NCBI GenBank assembly: GCA_964636895.1
Contig: CAZWUW010000005.1
Coordinates: 1 to 59,791 of the forward strand
Direction of reading: 5' to 3'
Length of the DNA stretch: 59,791 nucleotides
Source of the DNA: an uncultured Eubacteriales bacterium
GTDB lineage: Bacteria; Bacillota; Thermincolia; Thermincolales; CAZWUW01
In this document: positions 49,597 through 59,791 of the stretch, one piece after another
Layout: each line of letters begins with the position of its first letter
Position numbering within the stretch: position 1 is the stretch's first letter
Position numbers and translations under genes: made by a program
The notes under the pieces: generated by a model
Database searches by the model: none
Told to the model about the DNA's origin: nothing
What the model saw: only the letters and a program-made list of their open reading frames with translations

Positions 49597-51875
49597 AAAT
49601 TCCGTCTCCTTTCACCGGCTATAACTGCCTGACCAAGGGAAATCCCCCCGTCATTGACCGGTATTCTGCGATGCACATATACATGAAAATCATTTTCCCT
49701 TAATTTATCAAAAGTCATGGTTAAAAGCAACATATTTTGAAATACGCCGCCGCTAAGACAAACCCGTTCAATCCCCTCTATGCGGCGAATCAACCGGCAC
49801 ATCCGGACAATTATGGCACAAACTGTCACATGAAACCTGTAAGCAATATCGCTGACATTGGTCCCCTTGGTAACATCGCGGATAATCTGGCGCAGGGTTA
49901 TCGGTAAGTTTACAAGATAAATCCCGGCTTCCTCTTCAATATCAATATCATAAGGCGGCTGCATAGCATTGCCTGCCCGCAAAGCTAGTTGTTCCAGCTC
50001 CACTGCTCCCTGGCCCTCATAATTTACCACCGTCCGCAGGCCCAATATAGCCGACACAGCGTCAAAAAGCCGGCCCATACTTGACGTGAACGGCGCATTT
50101 ATTTTTTTTTCCACCATCGCCTGGACCAGCTCAAGCTTGCTCTCGTCAATGCCGTCAAGCAAACAGTATTCATTACGCCAATCCGGACCAAATGTCCGGG
50201 AAAGATAACTTACCGCCATGCGCCATGGTTCTCTAACCGCTCTAGCCCCGCCGGGCATAGGCACATAAGCCAGATGTCCCACCCTGCGGAAGTCCAGATA
50301 ATCGCTTACCAGAAACTCCCCGCCCCAGATGTGGCCATCGTTGCCATAACCAGTACCATCAAATGAAACACCAATAACCTTACCATCAAGGCCATGCTCC
50401 GCCATGCAGGCGGCCACATGGGCATGGTGATGCTGAATACCGATTAGCGGTATGCCGGCCTGCTCCGAGGCAAATTTTGTTGATAAATATTCCGGATGTA
50501 AGTCATGGACAATAACCTCCGGTTCTATGTCAAAAAGTTTTTTGTAAAGAGCAATCTCTTGTTTAAAAGCTGTCATAGTTTCCATGTTTTCCAAGTCACC
50601 GATATGATGACTCAAAAATGCATACCGGCCTTTGGTAAGACAAAATGTGTTTTTCTGTTCCCCGCCGCAAGCCAAAACCGGTACTATTTCCCGGTTCAGC
50701 ATAAACGGTGCCGGGGCATATCCGCGGGCCCGCCGCAGCACATAGTCCTGCTCCCGGAAAACCCGGGTCACCGAATCATCACAACGATGACTGATATCGC
50801 GGTTATGGGTTAGTATAAAATCGGCAATACCGCCTAACCTTGCCAGGGCATCCTCATCCCGGTATGCAATAGGCTCCTCGCTGACGTTGCCGCTGGTCAT
50901 TACCATGGCTGCGGGGCCTTCAGCCAACAGCAGAATATGCAAGGGCGTATAAGGCAGCATGATACCCAGATAATCATTATTCGGTGCCACTGCCTCAGCT
51001 AACGGGCAATCCGGCCGTTTTCGCAAAAGCACTATAGGACGACTGCTGCTGGTAAGCAGCGCTTCTTCCCGGGCTGTGACCAGACAATACTGCCGCACTG
51101 CGGCCATGTCTTGCACCATAACAGCAAAAGGCTTGTCCTCCCTTATTTTCCGCTGGCGTAAAGCTTTTACTGTCTCTTCCTGCATAGCATCACAGGCCAG
51201 ATGATAGCCGCCTAAACCTTTTACCGCCAATATCTTACCCGCCATTAGCTGCTCCTGAGCTGTTTTTAGCGGGTCTTCAACCATAAGTTGAATTCCTGCC
51301 CTGTCAATAAGCATTAACTGCGGCCCACAAACCGGACAGGCAATCGGCTGGGCGTGAAACCTGCGGTCAGCCGGGTCATTATATTCGGCAGCACAGTCCG
51401 GGCACATGACAAATCCCTGCATGGTTGTAAGTAACCGATCATAAGGCACGCCGGTAATAATGGTAAACCTGGGTCCGCAATTGATGCAGTTAATAAATGG
51501 GTACCGGTAGCGTCGATCTGCAGGGGACAACAGTTCCTGCCGGCAATCGGCACAGGTGGCGGTATCGGGTGTAACAGGTACTGGCCGGCCGGATGAAGCC
51601 GTGCTTTTTTTAATCTCAAAACTCCGGTAACCGGAAACAGGCAGTTGCTGCCACGAAATATTATCAATTACCGCCAGCGGTGGTGCGTTATTACTGATCT
51701 CGGTAATAAATTCAGTAATTTTTGCGGTGCTGCCTTGCACATCAATTTCCACACCCCATGAGGTATTGACCACATAACCGCGCAATTCATATTTTTCCGC
51801 CAGGGAGTATATAAAAGGCCGAAAACCCACCCCCTGTACAATACCCATAACTTCAATTAATTTTCTGCCCAACAT
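49587..51875 (-). CDS. hypF: carbamoyltransferase
   Basis: VQGVGFRP, two zinc fingers, HDLHP, QHHHAH, NDGGISLGQ. Confidence 0.97.
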   Translation of the reverse strand: MLGRKLIEVMGIVQGVGFRPFIYSLAEKYELRGYVVNTSWGVEIDVQGSTAKITEFITEISNNAPPLAVIDNISWQQLPVSGYRSFEIKKSTASSGRPVPVTPDTATCADCRQELLSPADRRYRYPFINCINCGPRFTIITGVPYDRLLTTMQGFVMCPDCAAEYNDPADRRFHAQPIACPVCGPQLMLIDRAGIQLMVEDPLKTAQEQLMAGKILAVKGLGGYHLACDAMQEETVKALRQRKIREDKPFAVMVQDMAAVRQYCLVTAREEALLTSSSRPIVLLRKRPDCPLAEAVAPNNDYLGIMLPYTPLHILLLAEGPAAMVMTSGNVSEEPIAYRDEDALARLGGIADFILTHNRDISHRCDDSVTRVFREQDYVLRRARGYAPAPFMLNREIVPVLACGGEQKNTFCLTKGRYAFLSHHIGDLENMETMTAFKQEIALYKKLFDIEPEVIVHDLHPEYLSTKFASEQAGIPLIGIQHHHAHVAACMAEHGLDGKVIGVSFDGTGYGNDGHIWGGEFLVSDYLDFRRVGHLAYVPMPGGARAVREPWRMAVSYLSRTFGPDWRNEYCLLDGIDESKLELVQAMVEKKINAPFTSSMGRLFDAVSAILGLRTVVNYEGQGAVELEQLALRAGNAMQPPYDIDIEEEAGIYLVNLPITLRQIIRDVTKGTNVSDIAYRFHVTVCAIIVRMCRLIRRIEGIERVCLSGGVFQNMLLLTMTFDKLRENDFHVYVHRRIPVNDGGISLGQAVIAGERRRNLCV

Positions 51876-51985
51876 AAATGCGGTCCTTTCCTGTTTAAAA
51901 GGCTTTACCGGCTAAAACTCCGGTGCCGGCATTTTTATGCAAACAAAAGATAAGCATCTCCCCGCATGGAAAGATGCTCCTAAAT

Positions 51986-52984
51986 CTATAATCCGGCGGC
52001 TTTTCTTACCATCGCCTGGTGCTGTCCGTCCACAACCGGCCGGCGGCTTTTTGTATACTCTGAGCCATGAGTCATGCTGCCTTTAAAATGAATGTCAAAA
52101 TGACCCGAAAAATCGTTATTTGCAATGGTTTCACTGCCATGCGGCATCCCGGCCATAGAGGCGGCAATTTTTTTGTCGCCCACCTTAAGCACAATGGCGC
52201 GCCGATCCCAGCTCCAACTGCCGCCGTAAATATTTTTCATGGTAGCGGCATCTGCTGAAGTCAGTGGCTCATTGTCGGCATGATTAGAACCGCCTTTGCG
52301 TTTAATGCGAAATGAGAGGCCGGTTTCAACGTCCGTAATGGTAGCAGTTTCACCTCTGGAAAAGAGATTTTTGGCAGTATCCCAGGACACCAATTCCCCT
52401 ACCGAACGCCCGCCGCTTCTGGAAGACGCTACCCGGATGGCTTTTCTCGGTTGCGGGGCCTCTTCCTTAACCTGCACCAGGTCTTTTAACCTTTTTTTCT
52501 TAATGTTCTCTTTAGGAGTCGCTATCTTTGCAACAATTTTGCCGGATACAGGCATTACCAACTGCTGGTCAAGCTGGAGATTGTCCGTTGTAAGGTTATT
52601 GGCGTATTTAATATTATCAACAGAAATACCGTATGCTAAAGCCAAATCATACAAAGTATCCCCGCTTTTTACGGTATAAATAAAGTCTCCGGCCGATTTT
52701 TTCGGCATTAACTGCTTATTGCCGGTTTCTGCTGCCTGTTCCTTCTTAAGCTGCAAAGCCAGCTCATTTTCTAAAACCGGCTTATCTGCTGCCGGAACCG
52801 CTTTTTTTATGTTTTCATCAATTGTATCAAAATTATTCTCTACTTGTGCAGACTGCGCTTGATTATTATTGTTATGCGTCTTTCCAGTTTTGTCCTGGGC
52901 GCTAAACACCGCAAAGACAATGATTCCTATTATAATAGCTAAGGTTGCAAGCGTTCTGACAACCTTTTGCATTTCTGGAATCAT
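51986..52984 (-). CDS. membrane-anchored LysM domain protein
   Basis: YTVKSGDTLY..A..YG LysM; C-terminal HAD.EP, W.RR, GMPHG, GHF..HF domain. Confidence 0.85.
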   Translation of the reverse strand: MIPEMQKVVRTLATLAIIIGIIVFAVFSAQDKTGKTHNNNNQAQSAQVENNFDTIDENIKKAVPAADKPVLENELALQLKKEQAAETGNKQLMPKKSAGDFIYTVKSGDTLYDLALAYGISVDNIKYANNLTTDNLQLDQQLVMPVSGKIVAKIATPKENIKKKRLKDLVQVKEEAPQPRKAIRVASSRSGGRSVGELVSWDTAKNLFSRGETATITDVETGLSFRIKRKGGSNHADNEPLTSADAATMKNIYGGSWSWDRRAIVLKVGDKKIAASMAGMPHGSETIANNDFSGHFDIHFKGSMTHGSEYTKSRRPVVDGQHQAMVRKAAGL

Positions 52985-53263
52985 CAGTTACCTCCTAAAA
53001 AACATATTTTTATCCTATTACATTATACCAGTTTATTACCTTTTTTAGCAACACTTTCTGAATTCGCTCCATAGTATTTACCAAGACATATAAACTATTC
53101 CTGACGATGACGATTTTCCAGACAATCTATCGAAAAAAGCATGTCATTTCAACAAAAAAAGAACCAAATGGTTCTTTTAGTCGAATTGTAAAAATCGTGT
53201 AAAATTTTCTGATTATTCACAAATATATGGTCACTGTTAATAAGTCTGTGGATAACTTTTTTG

Positions 53264-53542
53264 TCAATTTATATTTTCCAACCAACCTGATTTCTGCAAT
53301 TTTGTTTCCAGTTCCATAATCTGTCTGTTCTTGCGTAACAATGACTTGGCATACCTGCTGTTATTCAACTGCAGTTTCTTGTTTTCTCGCTCCAATTTGG
53401 CTAATGAACCCCATTTTTCTCTTTCAAGGCGTTCTATCAGATTCATCAATACCCGCCGACTAAAGCGCAAATGGTCAACCCGTTCTTCTAATTCTAGTAT
53501 TTTTTGTTCTAAATTGCGTACTGACTTACCCTCCACCGGCAT
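53264..53542 (-). CDS. hypothetical coiled-coil protein
   Basis: 92 aa with GGGAGG RBS; heptad pattern. Confidence 0.7.
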   Translation of the reverse strand: MPVEGKSVRNLEQKILELEERVDHLRFSRRVLMNLIERLEREKWGSLAKLERENKKLQLNNSRYAKSLLRKNRQIMELETKLQKSGWLENIN

Positions 53543-53588
53543 CCCTCCCAGAATCTTCTAACCATATTATATGCATAATTGCCGGTAA

Positions 53589-54761
53589 TTAGACGCAAAA
53601 TTTAAATTTCTGCCTGATACGTTCAATGGCTTCCTTTATTTTTTCATCCTGCTGAACCAGAGCAATTCTTACATAACCTTCACCATGTTCGCCAAAAGCC
53701 AAACCGGGTACAACTACTACGCCGGTTTGGTCAAGCAGTTCCCGGGCAAAGGCCACAGATGATGAATAGCCCTGTGGCAGCCTAGCCCAAACAAACATTG
53801 TGGCCGGGGGCTTATCCACCTGCCAGCCAATTTTTGCCAGCCCATTAATAAGCAAATCCCGGCGGTGCTGATAAGTCTTAATGTTCTGATGAATATTATC
53901 CTGTGGACCGGTTAATGCCGCAATCCCCGCCTCCTGTACCGGTAAAAATACCCCATAGTCTATATTTGATTTAATACGGGCCAGAGCCTGAACAGCTTCT
54001 CTGTTCCCCACCATAAAACCGAGACGGCAACCGGCCATATTATAAGTTTTGGATACTGAATGAAACTCCACCCCAACTTCTCTGGCTCCCGGTACTTCCA
54101 GAAAACTCATAGGCCGCAAGCCCTCAAAAGCCAGTTCAGAGTATGCCACATCATGGATAACTAAAATCCGATGACGGGTAGCAAAATCCACCACTCGTTC
54201 ATAGAATTCCCGGTTAGCTATTGCCGCCACCGGGTTACTGGGATAATTAAGAATCATTATTTTGGCCTGATGGGCTATTTCGTCAGAAATGCCAGCCAAA
54301 TCAGGCAGAAAATTGTTATCTGCTGTTAAAGGCATTGCATAAGGTTTACCGTCCGCCAGCACAATGGCAGCGTGATAAATGGGATAGCCGGGATCAGGAA
54401 TCAGGGCTATGTCCCCCGGGTCAATATAGGCTAATGGCAAGTGGCCCAGACCGTCCTGCGATCCCATTAAAACCAAAACTTCTTGCTCAGGGTCTAAATC
54501 TACCCCAAAGCGGTGCCGGTACCAGTCCGTGATGGCTGACCGAAGAGCTAAAGTTCCTTTTGACGTCGGATAACCATAATGTTCCAGATTCTCCATGCTA
54601 TTTAACAGTGCTTGCCGGATATGTGGTGCCGGTGGTAGGTCAGGACTGCCAATACCCAGGTTAATGATTTCAACTCCCCTGGCTGCAACTTTTTCTTTTA
54701 ATACATCAATTTCCGAAAATATTGCCGAAACTAATCCGGCAATGCGACGAGACTTGTCCAT
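53589..54761 (-). CDS. class I/II PLP aminotransferase (LL-diaminopimelate aminotransferase-like)
   Basis: LG.G.PD, PDPGYP, NYP.NP, D.AY, SKTYNMAG.R. Confidence 0.85.
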   Translation of the reverse strand: MDKSRRIAGLVSAIFSEIDVLKEKVAARGVEIINLGIGSPDLPPAPHIRQALLNSMENLEHYGYPTSKGTLALRSAITDWYRHRFGVDLDPEQEVLVLMGSQDGLGHLPLAYIDPGDIALIPDPGYPIYHAAIVLADGKPYAMPLTADNNFLPDLAGISDEIAHQAKIMILNYPSNPVAAIANREFYERVVDFATRHRILVIHDVAYSELAFEGLRPMSFLEVPGAREVGVEFHSVSKTYNMAGCRLGFMVGNREAVQALARIKSNIDYGVFLPVQEAGIAALTGPQDNIHQNIKTYQHRRDLLINGLAKIGWQVDKPPATMFVWARLPQGYSSSVAFARELLDQTGVVVVPGLAFGEHGEGYVRIALVQQDEKIKEAIERIRQKFKFCV

Positions 54762-54776
54762 AATAACCTCCCTTTG

Positions 54777-55739
54777 TCAGCGCAGAACTTTTTGCATCAG
54801 GCGCAGTGCGTTTCCGCTCAAAATGTTGTTTATTTCATCCTCAGTATATCTTCTTTCCTGCAAACCTCTCGTGATATTAGGATAATTAGCCGCATCCTCC
54901 AATCCCAGTGGGGTTTCACCGATGCCGTCAAAATCTGAGCCAATACCAATGCACCCTATACCGGCTAGACCGGCAACATAATCGATATGATCCAAAAACT
55001 GTTCCAACCCTGTACTTCCATTACTAATGAATTCTGGTGCAAAAGTCAGTCCCATTAACCCCCCATGGGCCGCCAAGGCCTTTATTTGTTCATCCCTAAG
55101 GTTCCTTGGGTGCGGACACAAAGCATAGCTGTTGGCATGGCTAACCATAACCGGGTCCCCTGATAAGCGCAGCACATCCCAAAAGCCGGCTTCAGCAATA
55201 TGAGCCAGGTCAATAATCATGCCCAGCCGGTTCATTTCGACCACTACATCACGGCCAAAAGTTGTTAATCCACCCCCGGTATGGCGTTCCCATATCCCGT
55301 CAGCGACTTCATTGCGCTGGTTCCAGGTTAATCCCATTGCCCTAACCCCTAAACGGTATAGGATTCTCAGCACCGCCAGGTCACCGGTCAGGGCTTCGCC
55401 CCCTTCTACTGCAAGAATTGCAATCAACCGGTTATTTTTCAATTCCCGGATAATCTGCCGCCAGGAAAGACCTGCCACTATTTGCAAACTGCAGGCATCT
55501 ATTTCGCGGTAAAAAACATCTATTAGTTGTAATAGTCTTTTTAATGACCTTTCCGGCTTATAAACAGATTGAATAAAAGCCGCAAAAAACTGCACTCTTA
55601 CATTGCCCATCATCAACCGGGGCAGGTCAACATGTCCGGTCAGACTCAACCTGGACAGCGACCTTTTACCCTCTGCCAAATCCAGCAATGTATCACAGTG
55701 TAAGTCAACAAACGTATAGCTTTTAAGGCTGGCCAACAT
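54777..55739 (-). CDS. membrane dipeptidase family (peptidase M19)
   Basis: DLHCDT, EG, LTWN, D..H, SHAN, RN..D, GSDFDG; start uncertain. Confidence 0.9.
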   Translation of the reverse strand: MLASLKSYTFVDLHCDTLLDLAEGKRSLSRLSLTGHVDLPRLMMGNVRVQFFAAFIQSVYKPERSLKRLLQLIDVFYREIDACSLQIVAGLSWRQIIRELKNNRLIAILAVEGGEALTGDLAVLRILYRLGVRAMGLTWNQRNEVADGIWERHTGGGLTTFGRDVVVEMNRLGMIIDLAHIAEAGFWDVLRLSGDPVMVSHANSYALCPHPRNLRDEQIKALAAHGGLMGLTFAPEFISNGSTGLEQFLDHIDYVAGLAGIGCIGIGSDFDGIGETPLGLEDAANYPNITRGLQERRYTEDEINNILSGNALRLMQKVLR

Positions 55740-55936
55740 TTCTCTGTTAATAGTGTAACCTCCCGTCATACAATTCAATTAATTATATGACGGAAAAACC
55801 TGTTTATTCATTTTGAACAAACAGGTCAAATGTTCTATACCGTTATGTCATTTACACTGTTGTTATGATGTTGCTTATTAAACCAACAGTATAATAAAAG
55901 CAAAATTACCAGGTGCCGGAAAACTGATTAAGCGTT

Positions 55937-56197
55937 TTATCTGGGTTCAACTATCAATTTGATAGCGGTTCTTTCTTCACCGTCAATCATAATATCGGTA
56001 AAGGCAGGGATACAAATCAGGTCAACTCCACTAGGTGCAACAAAACCTCTGGCGATCGCTACAGCTTTAACTGCCTGATTCAGAGCTCCGGCTCCGATGG
56101 CTTGAATTTCGGCACCTCCCCGTTCTCTGAGCACTCCTGCTAATGCGCCTGCAACAGAATTTGGATTAGACTTTGCGGAAACTTTTAAAACATCCAT
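55937..56197 (-). CDS. spoVS: stage V sporulation protein S
   Basis: LKVSAKSNPNSVAGALA...QAIGAGALNQAVKAVAIARG. Confidence 0.97.
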   Translation of the reverse strand: MDVLKVSAKSNPNSVAGALAGVLRERGGAEIQAIGAGALNQAVKAVAIARGFVAPSGVDLICIPAFTDIMIDGEERTAIKLIVEPR

Positions 56198-56257
56198 GTT
56201 CACAACCTCCTTAATTGTAGTGTCCTTTAAATAACCGCTATCTTTATAAACCTTTAT

Positions 56258-56284
56258 ATTCGATAATTAACTAAAAATTCCTCT
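56258..56284 (-). promoter_or_regulatory. sigma-H-like promoter of spoVS
   Basis: AGAGGA-N17-GAAT; spoVS is sigma-H dependent in B. subtilis. Confidence 0.65.
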
Positions 56285-56327
56285 TTTTGGTCATAATCTT
56301 TTTGAAAAGATTCGCACAATTGTCTTA

Positions 56328-57107
56328 TTACTCAAAATTAAAGACCCGTCTGATTTCCCTACTTACCCCAGTCAGTTCATCAATATCCACCACAATAGCA
56401 TTAAACTGATAGGGTCCGTCAGCTACCTCAAAACGGACCGGCATTTGCGAAATAAATTTTTCCAGTACCAGTTCCTTCTTAACTCCTATAATGCCATCCC
56501 GGGGGCCGGTCATACCTAAATCGGTTATATATGCGGTACCATCGGGCAATACAGTTTCATCAGCAGTCTGCACATGCGTATGCGTACCTACTACAGCGCT
56601 TACCCGTCCGTCAAGATACCTTCCCAGGGCTATTTTCTCCGAGGTGGCCTCAGCGTGAAAATCAACCAGGATAACCGGTGTTTCCCGGCGTATTTCCTCC
56701 ACTAACTTATCTGCCATCCTAAAAGGACAGTCCAGGTTGGACAAAAATATTCTGCCCGATAAATTAATGATTCCTACCTTAATATTATTTTCTGTCAAAA
56801 AAACCCGGGCTCCAACCCCCGGAGCACCGGGAGGATAATTTGCCGGGCGCACAATACGGTGTTCTTTATCAATAAAGGTATATATTTCTTTTTTATCCCA
56901 GACATGATTGCCCATAGTGAGTACATTAACACCACAATTCAATAATTCCAATGCAATTTCCCTGGTTAGACCGTTGCCGCCGGCAGCATTTTCGGCATTG
57001 GCAACAATAAAATCAATTTCCAGTTCGTTTTTTATCCCAGACAGAGTTTCCTTAACAGCCAGCCTACCAGGCTTTCCGACAACGTCTCCAATCATCAAAA
57101 TCCGCAC
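56328..57107 (-). CDS. ymdB: YmdB-like metallophosphoesterase
   Basis: GDVVG.PG, N.EN.A.G.G, GNH, DFHAEATSEK, GTHTHV. Confidence 0.93.
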   Translation of the reverse strand: MRILMIGDVVGKPGRLAVKETLSGIKNELEIDFIVANAENAAGGNGLTREIALELLNCGVNVLTMGNHVWDKKEIYTFIDKEHRIVRPANYPPGAPGVGARVFLTENNIKVGIINLSGRIFLSNLDCPFRMADKLVEEIRRETPVILVDFHAEATSEKIALGRYLDGRVSAVVGTHTHVQTADETVLPDGTAYITDLGMTGPRDGIIGVKKELVLEKFISQMPVRFEVADGPYQFNAIVVDIDELTGVSREIRRVFNFE

Positions 57108-57122
57108 TCAGAGGGCCTCCAA

Positions 57123-57647
57123 TCATTTATTAAAAACCAGTACCCGGCCTTCTTCGCGAAATGCAATCAAGTTACGCTCCAACGAAGCAGACTTCAGGTT
57201 TTCCAGCATATGTTCAATCAATTCTTCCTGCATAATAAGGTCTTCTTCCATCATATACTCATTTTGGTCTGCTACCAAATTCTGTTTAAAACATTTCTCT
57301 ACCACTTCAATAATCAGCGCAATTTCTTCCTGGGTCAGGGTATTGACATCCCTTCTTACTTCCAACATGGTGAAATTGTCACAGAACAAATGATTTACAT
57401 CAGCAATAATAATTTCTTTTCCCTCCAGATAATTATATGTATCAATTACCTGGATTAGTTCGGTTTTAAAATTAGTCAACTCTTTTTCATCCAACACCCG
57501 GGAAAAAATAAATGTGAATTTCAAATCCTGTTGTTTAGGGTCATAATTTATTGTACCCACCTCAGGATATCTCACAAGTATTGATATTAATAAGCCGATG
57601 CTGTCGGAATACTCGGTATCATGCTTGCTTTTCTTAACTAAACTCAT
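57123..57647 (-). CDS. conserved hypothetical protein between rny and ymdB
   Basis: 174 aa, AGAGGTGG RBS, upstream GCAGGA-N18-GAAT (57681-57708). Confidence 0.75.
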   Translation of the reverse strand: MSLVKKSKHDTEYSDSIGLLISILVRYPEVGTINYDPKQQDLKFTFIFSRVLDEKELTNFKTELIQVIDTYNYLEGKEIIIADVNHLFCDNFTMLEVRRDVNTLTQEEIALIIEVVEKCFKQNLVADQNEYMMEEDLIMQEELIEHMLENLKSASLERNLIAFREEGRVLVFNK

Positions 57648-57754
57648 TTATGCCACCTCTTTAGTGATATTGTATCATAGATTCTGTGCCTTTGCTCACA
57701 AATCCTGCTCAGGGATTAAGAATTATAAAAAAATATGGCTGCCAAAATATTGAA

Positions 57755-57778
57755 AACGACCTCTCGGAAGAGGTCGTT
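57755..57778 (-). terminator. terminator after rny
   Basis: AACGACCTCT/AGAGGTCGTT. Confidence 0.75.
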
Positions 57779-57784
57779 GTTTTC

Positions 57785-59326
57785 TTACTTGGCGTATTCA
57801 ATTGCTCTGGTTTCCCGGATAACCATAACTTTAATCTGACCTGGATATTCCAGTTCTTCTTCAATCTTTTTGACAATATCTCTTACCAAGCGAACGGAAG
57901 CCAAATCATCCAGTTTTTCGGGCTTTACCATCACCCGGACTTCACGTCCGGCCTGAATGGCAAAAGATTTTTCCACACCTTCAAAAGCATTGGCAATGCC
58001 TTCAAGTTTTTCCAACCGTTTAATATATGACTCCAGAGTTTCTCTACGAGCGCCGGGCCTGGCGGCGGAAATCGCATCGGCGGCCTGCACTAAAACGGCT
58101 TCAATCGTTTTGGGTTCTTCGTCACCGTGATGAGCGGCAACCGCATGAATAACTTCTGTAGATTCTTTATATTTTTTACACAGATCGGCACCAATCACTA
58201 CATGTGGACCTTCAACTTCGTGATCCACAGCCTTTCCTAAGTCATGCAGCAGACCGGCACGTTTGGCCAGCACCACGTCAACACCTAGCTCGGCAGCCAT
58301 TAATCCAGCCAGGTGAGAAACTTCAATAGAGTGCTTAAGAACGTTTTGACCGTAACTGGTACGGAACTTCAACCGGCCCAGCAATTTAATCAATTCCGGG
58401 TGAATACCGTGCACCCCTGTATCGAAGGTAGCCTGCTCGCCGGTTTCCCGTAATTGGACTTCTACTTCCTTCTGGGCTTTTTCCACCATTTCCTCTATCC
58501 GAGCCGGGTGAATCCTACCATCCAGAATAAGCTTTTCCAGTGCTAAACGGGCAACTTCCCGGCGAATAGGGTCAAATCCGGATAGAATAACCGCTTCCGG
58601 TGTATCATCAATAATCAGATCAATACCGGTAAGAGTTTCCAAAGTCCTGATATTTCGACCTTCACGGCCGATAATCCGACCCTTCATCTCATCGTTGGGC
58701 AATGCCACTACCGTTACCGTAGTCTCAGCAACATGATCGGCAGCACACCTTTGAATTGCTTGTGAAATAATGTTTTTGGCCTTCTTTTCGCCTTCTTCTT
58801 TTGCCTGGGTTTCTATTTCCTTAATCAACATCGCTGCTTCATGTTTAATTTCTTCTTCGATGTTCCGTAACAAAAGTTCCCTGGCCTCCTCAGAAGACAA
58901 GCCGGAAAGCCTTTCTAATTCTGTAACCTGTTTGGCGTGAATCTCCTGTAAGCTACTCTTTATGACATCGATATCATTTTCTTTTTTTGCCAGAGCATCT
59001 TCCTTGCGCTCGATGCCTTCGATTTTCCGGTCCAGGGATTCTTCTTTCTGCACCAAACGGCGCTCTTGCCGCTGTAGTTCATTACGACGTTCACGGTTCT
59101 CTTTTTCAACTTCGTTACGTAACTTCAGGACTTCTTCCTTAGCTTCCAGAACAGCTTCGCGCTTTTTAGCCTCAGCTGCTTTTTCCGCATCTTCCAGCAC
59201 TTTTTTGGCTGCCTCTTCAGCAGATGCAATTTTGGCTTCGGCCAATGCCCTTCTAACAAAATACCCGGCCACAAAGGCTACTACACCCGCTAATGCTGCA
59301 ATTAATACAATTTGTCCGGTGTTAAT
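57785..59326 (-). CDS. rny: ribonuclease Y
   Basis: N-terminal TM, coiled coil, KH ([12 protein letters not shown]), HD (LLHDLGK); start probably ATT 59326. Confidence 0.97.
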   Translation of the reverse strand: MNTGQIVLIAALAGVVAFVAGYFVRRALAEAKIASAEEAAKKVLEDAEKAAEAKKREAVLEAKEEVLKLRNEVEKENRERRNELQRQERRLVQKEESLDRKIEGIERKEDALAKKENDIDVIKSSLQEIHAKQVTELERLSGLSSEEARELLLRNIEEEIKHEAAMLIKEIETQAKEEGEKKAKNIISQAIQRCAADHVAETTVTVVALPNDEMKGRIIGREGRNIRTLETLTGIDLIIDDTPEAVILSGFDPIRREVARLALEKLILDGRIHPARIEEMVEKAQKEVEVQLRETGEQATFDTGVHGIHPELIKLLGRLKFRTSYGQNVLKHSIEVSHLAGLMAAELGVDVVLAKRAGLLHDLGKAVDHEVEGPHVVIGADLCKKYKESTEVIHAVAAHHGDEEPKTIEAVLVQAADAISAARPGARRETLESYIKRLEKLEGIANAFEGVEKSFAIQAGREVRVMVKPEKLDDLASVRLVRDIVKKIEEELEYPGQIKVMVIRETRAIEYAK

Positions 59327-59595
59327 ATCATTCACCTCCAATTCTGTTTTTTCTTAGTCAATTTTTTTTAAAAACAAAGAAAAACCGAGTGAAACTAACT
59401 CGGTCGAACAGATCTTTTCTACCATTATATCGTTGGCTGGTTACGGGCATTGCAAATAACACTATAGCATATATATTCTTTTATATTATACGCAAATCCT
59501 CACAGCGGCCAATATAAAAATGAGGAATTAGATAATATATAAAGAAACCCGTAATAATGGTAGTAAAAATCTAATTCTAGTTTCTCCCAATGTAT

Positions 59596-59624
59596 ATTTT
59601 AAAGGTTTTTGGACTATCTGTCAA
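59596..59624 (-). promoter_or_regulatory. sigma-A promoter upstream of rny
   Basis: TTGACA-N17-TAAAAT. Confidence 0.65.
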
Positions 59625-59791
59625 GAAGGCGTCGCTCTTAGAATACCGATGTTTTTTCAATAGTATGATAGCCTCACTGGCAGCGTGAGCGTCTGTTTAT
59701 TCTAAACTCCCGCGAACCAAGCCCTGTTCAAATTTAAATAGCCTCTCGGCATTCGATGGCAGATGAAGGGAGAAATGTATCCAAAAGGGCT

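Noticed and set aside
53246-53254. Perfect DnaA box (another at ~9598-9606)
   Set aside because: Isolated 9-mers, no cluster or origin context
59625-59791. Possible recX 3' end or remnant upstream of rny
   Set aside because: All minus-strand frames hit stops and no convincing RecX motif; the window edge prevents assessment

Overview
Chromosomal window from an anaerobic, spore-forming Bacillota (gene content resembles Peptococcaceae/Thermincola-type organisms; this is inferred, not a database assignment). Mostly minus-strand genes: a cobalamin-riboswitch-led cob/cbi operon running on into adenine deaminase, hypFCDE, feoAB-fur, guaB, rny-ymdB-spoVS, minC, an orphan SEDS gene, a two-component system and c-di-GMP/c-di-AMP elements. 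The standout is a ~9 kb extracellular-electron-transfer-like cluster (12980-22147): TPR + NHL beta-propeller + an OmcS-patterned hexaheme cytochrome, flanked by two multiheme cytochromes carrying Ig/FN3-type stalks (24 heme motifs in total). Features missed by the ORF track include a DUF1858 protein with CxxU (in-frame TGA plus SECIS-like hairpin), a Spo0E-like gene, a 43-aa forespore-type ORF and a probable AUU start for rny. Two genes are broken by single lesions (a DNA methyltransferase and a NERD nuclease). No CRISPR array, tRNA/rRNA or transposase/integrase was seen. All family calls come from reading motifs by eye; no searches were run.
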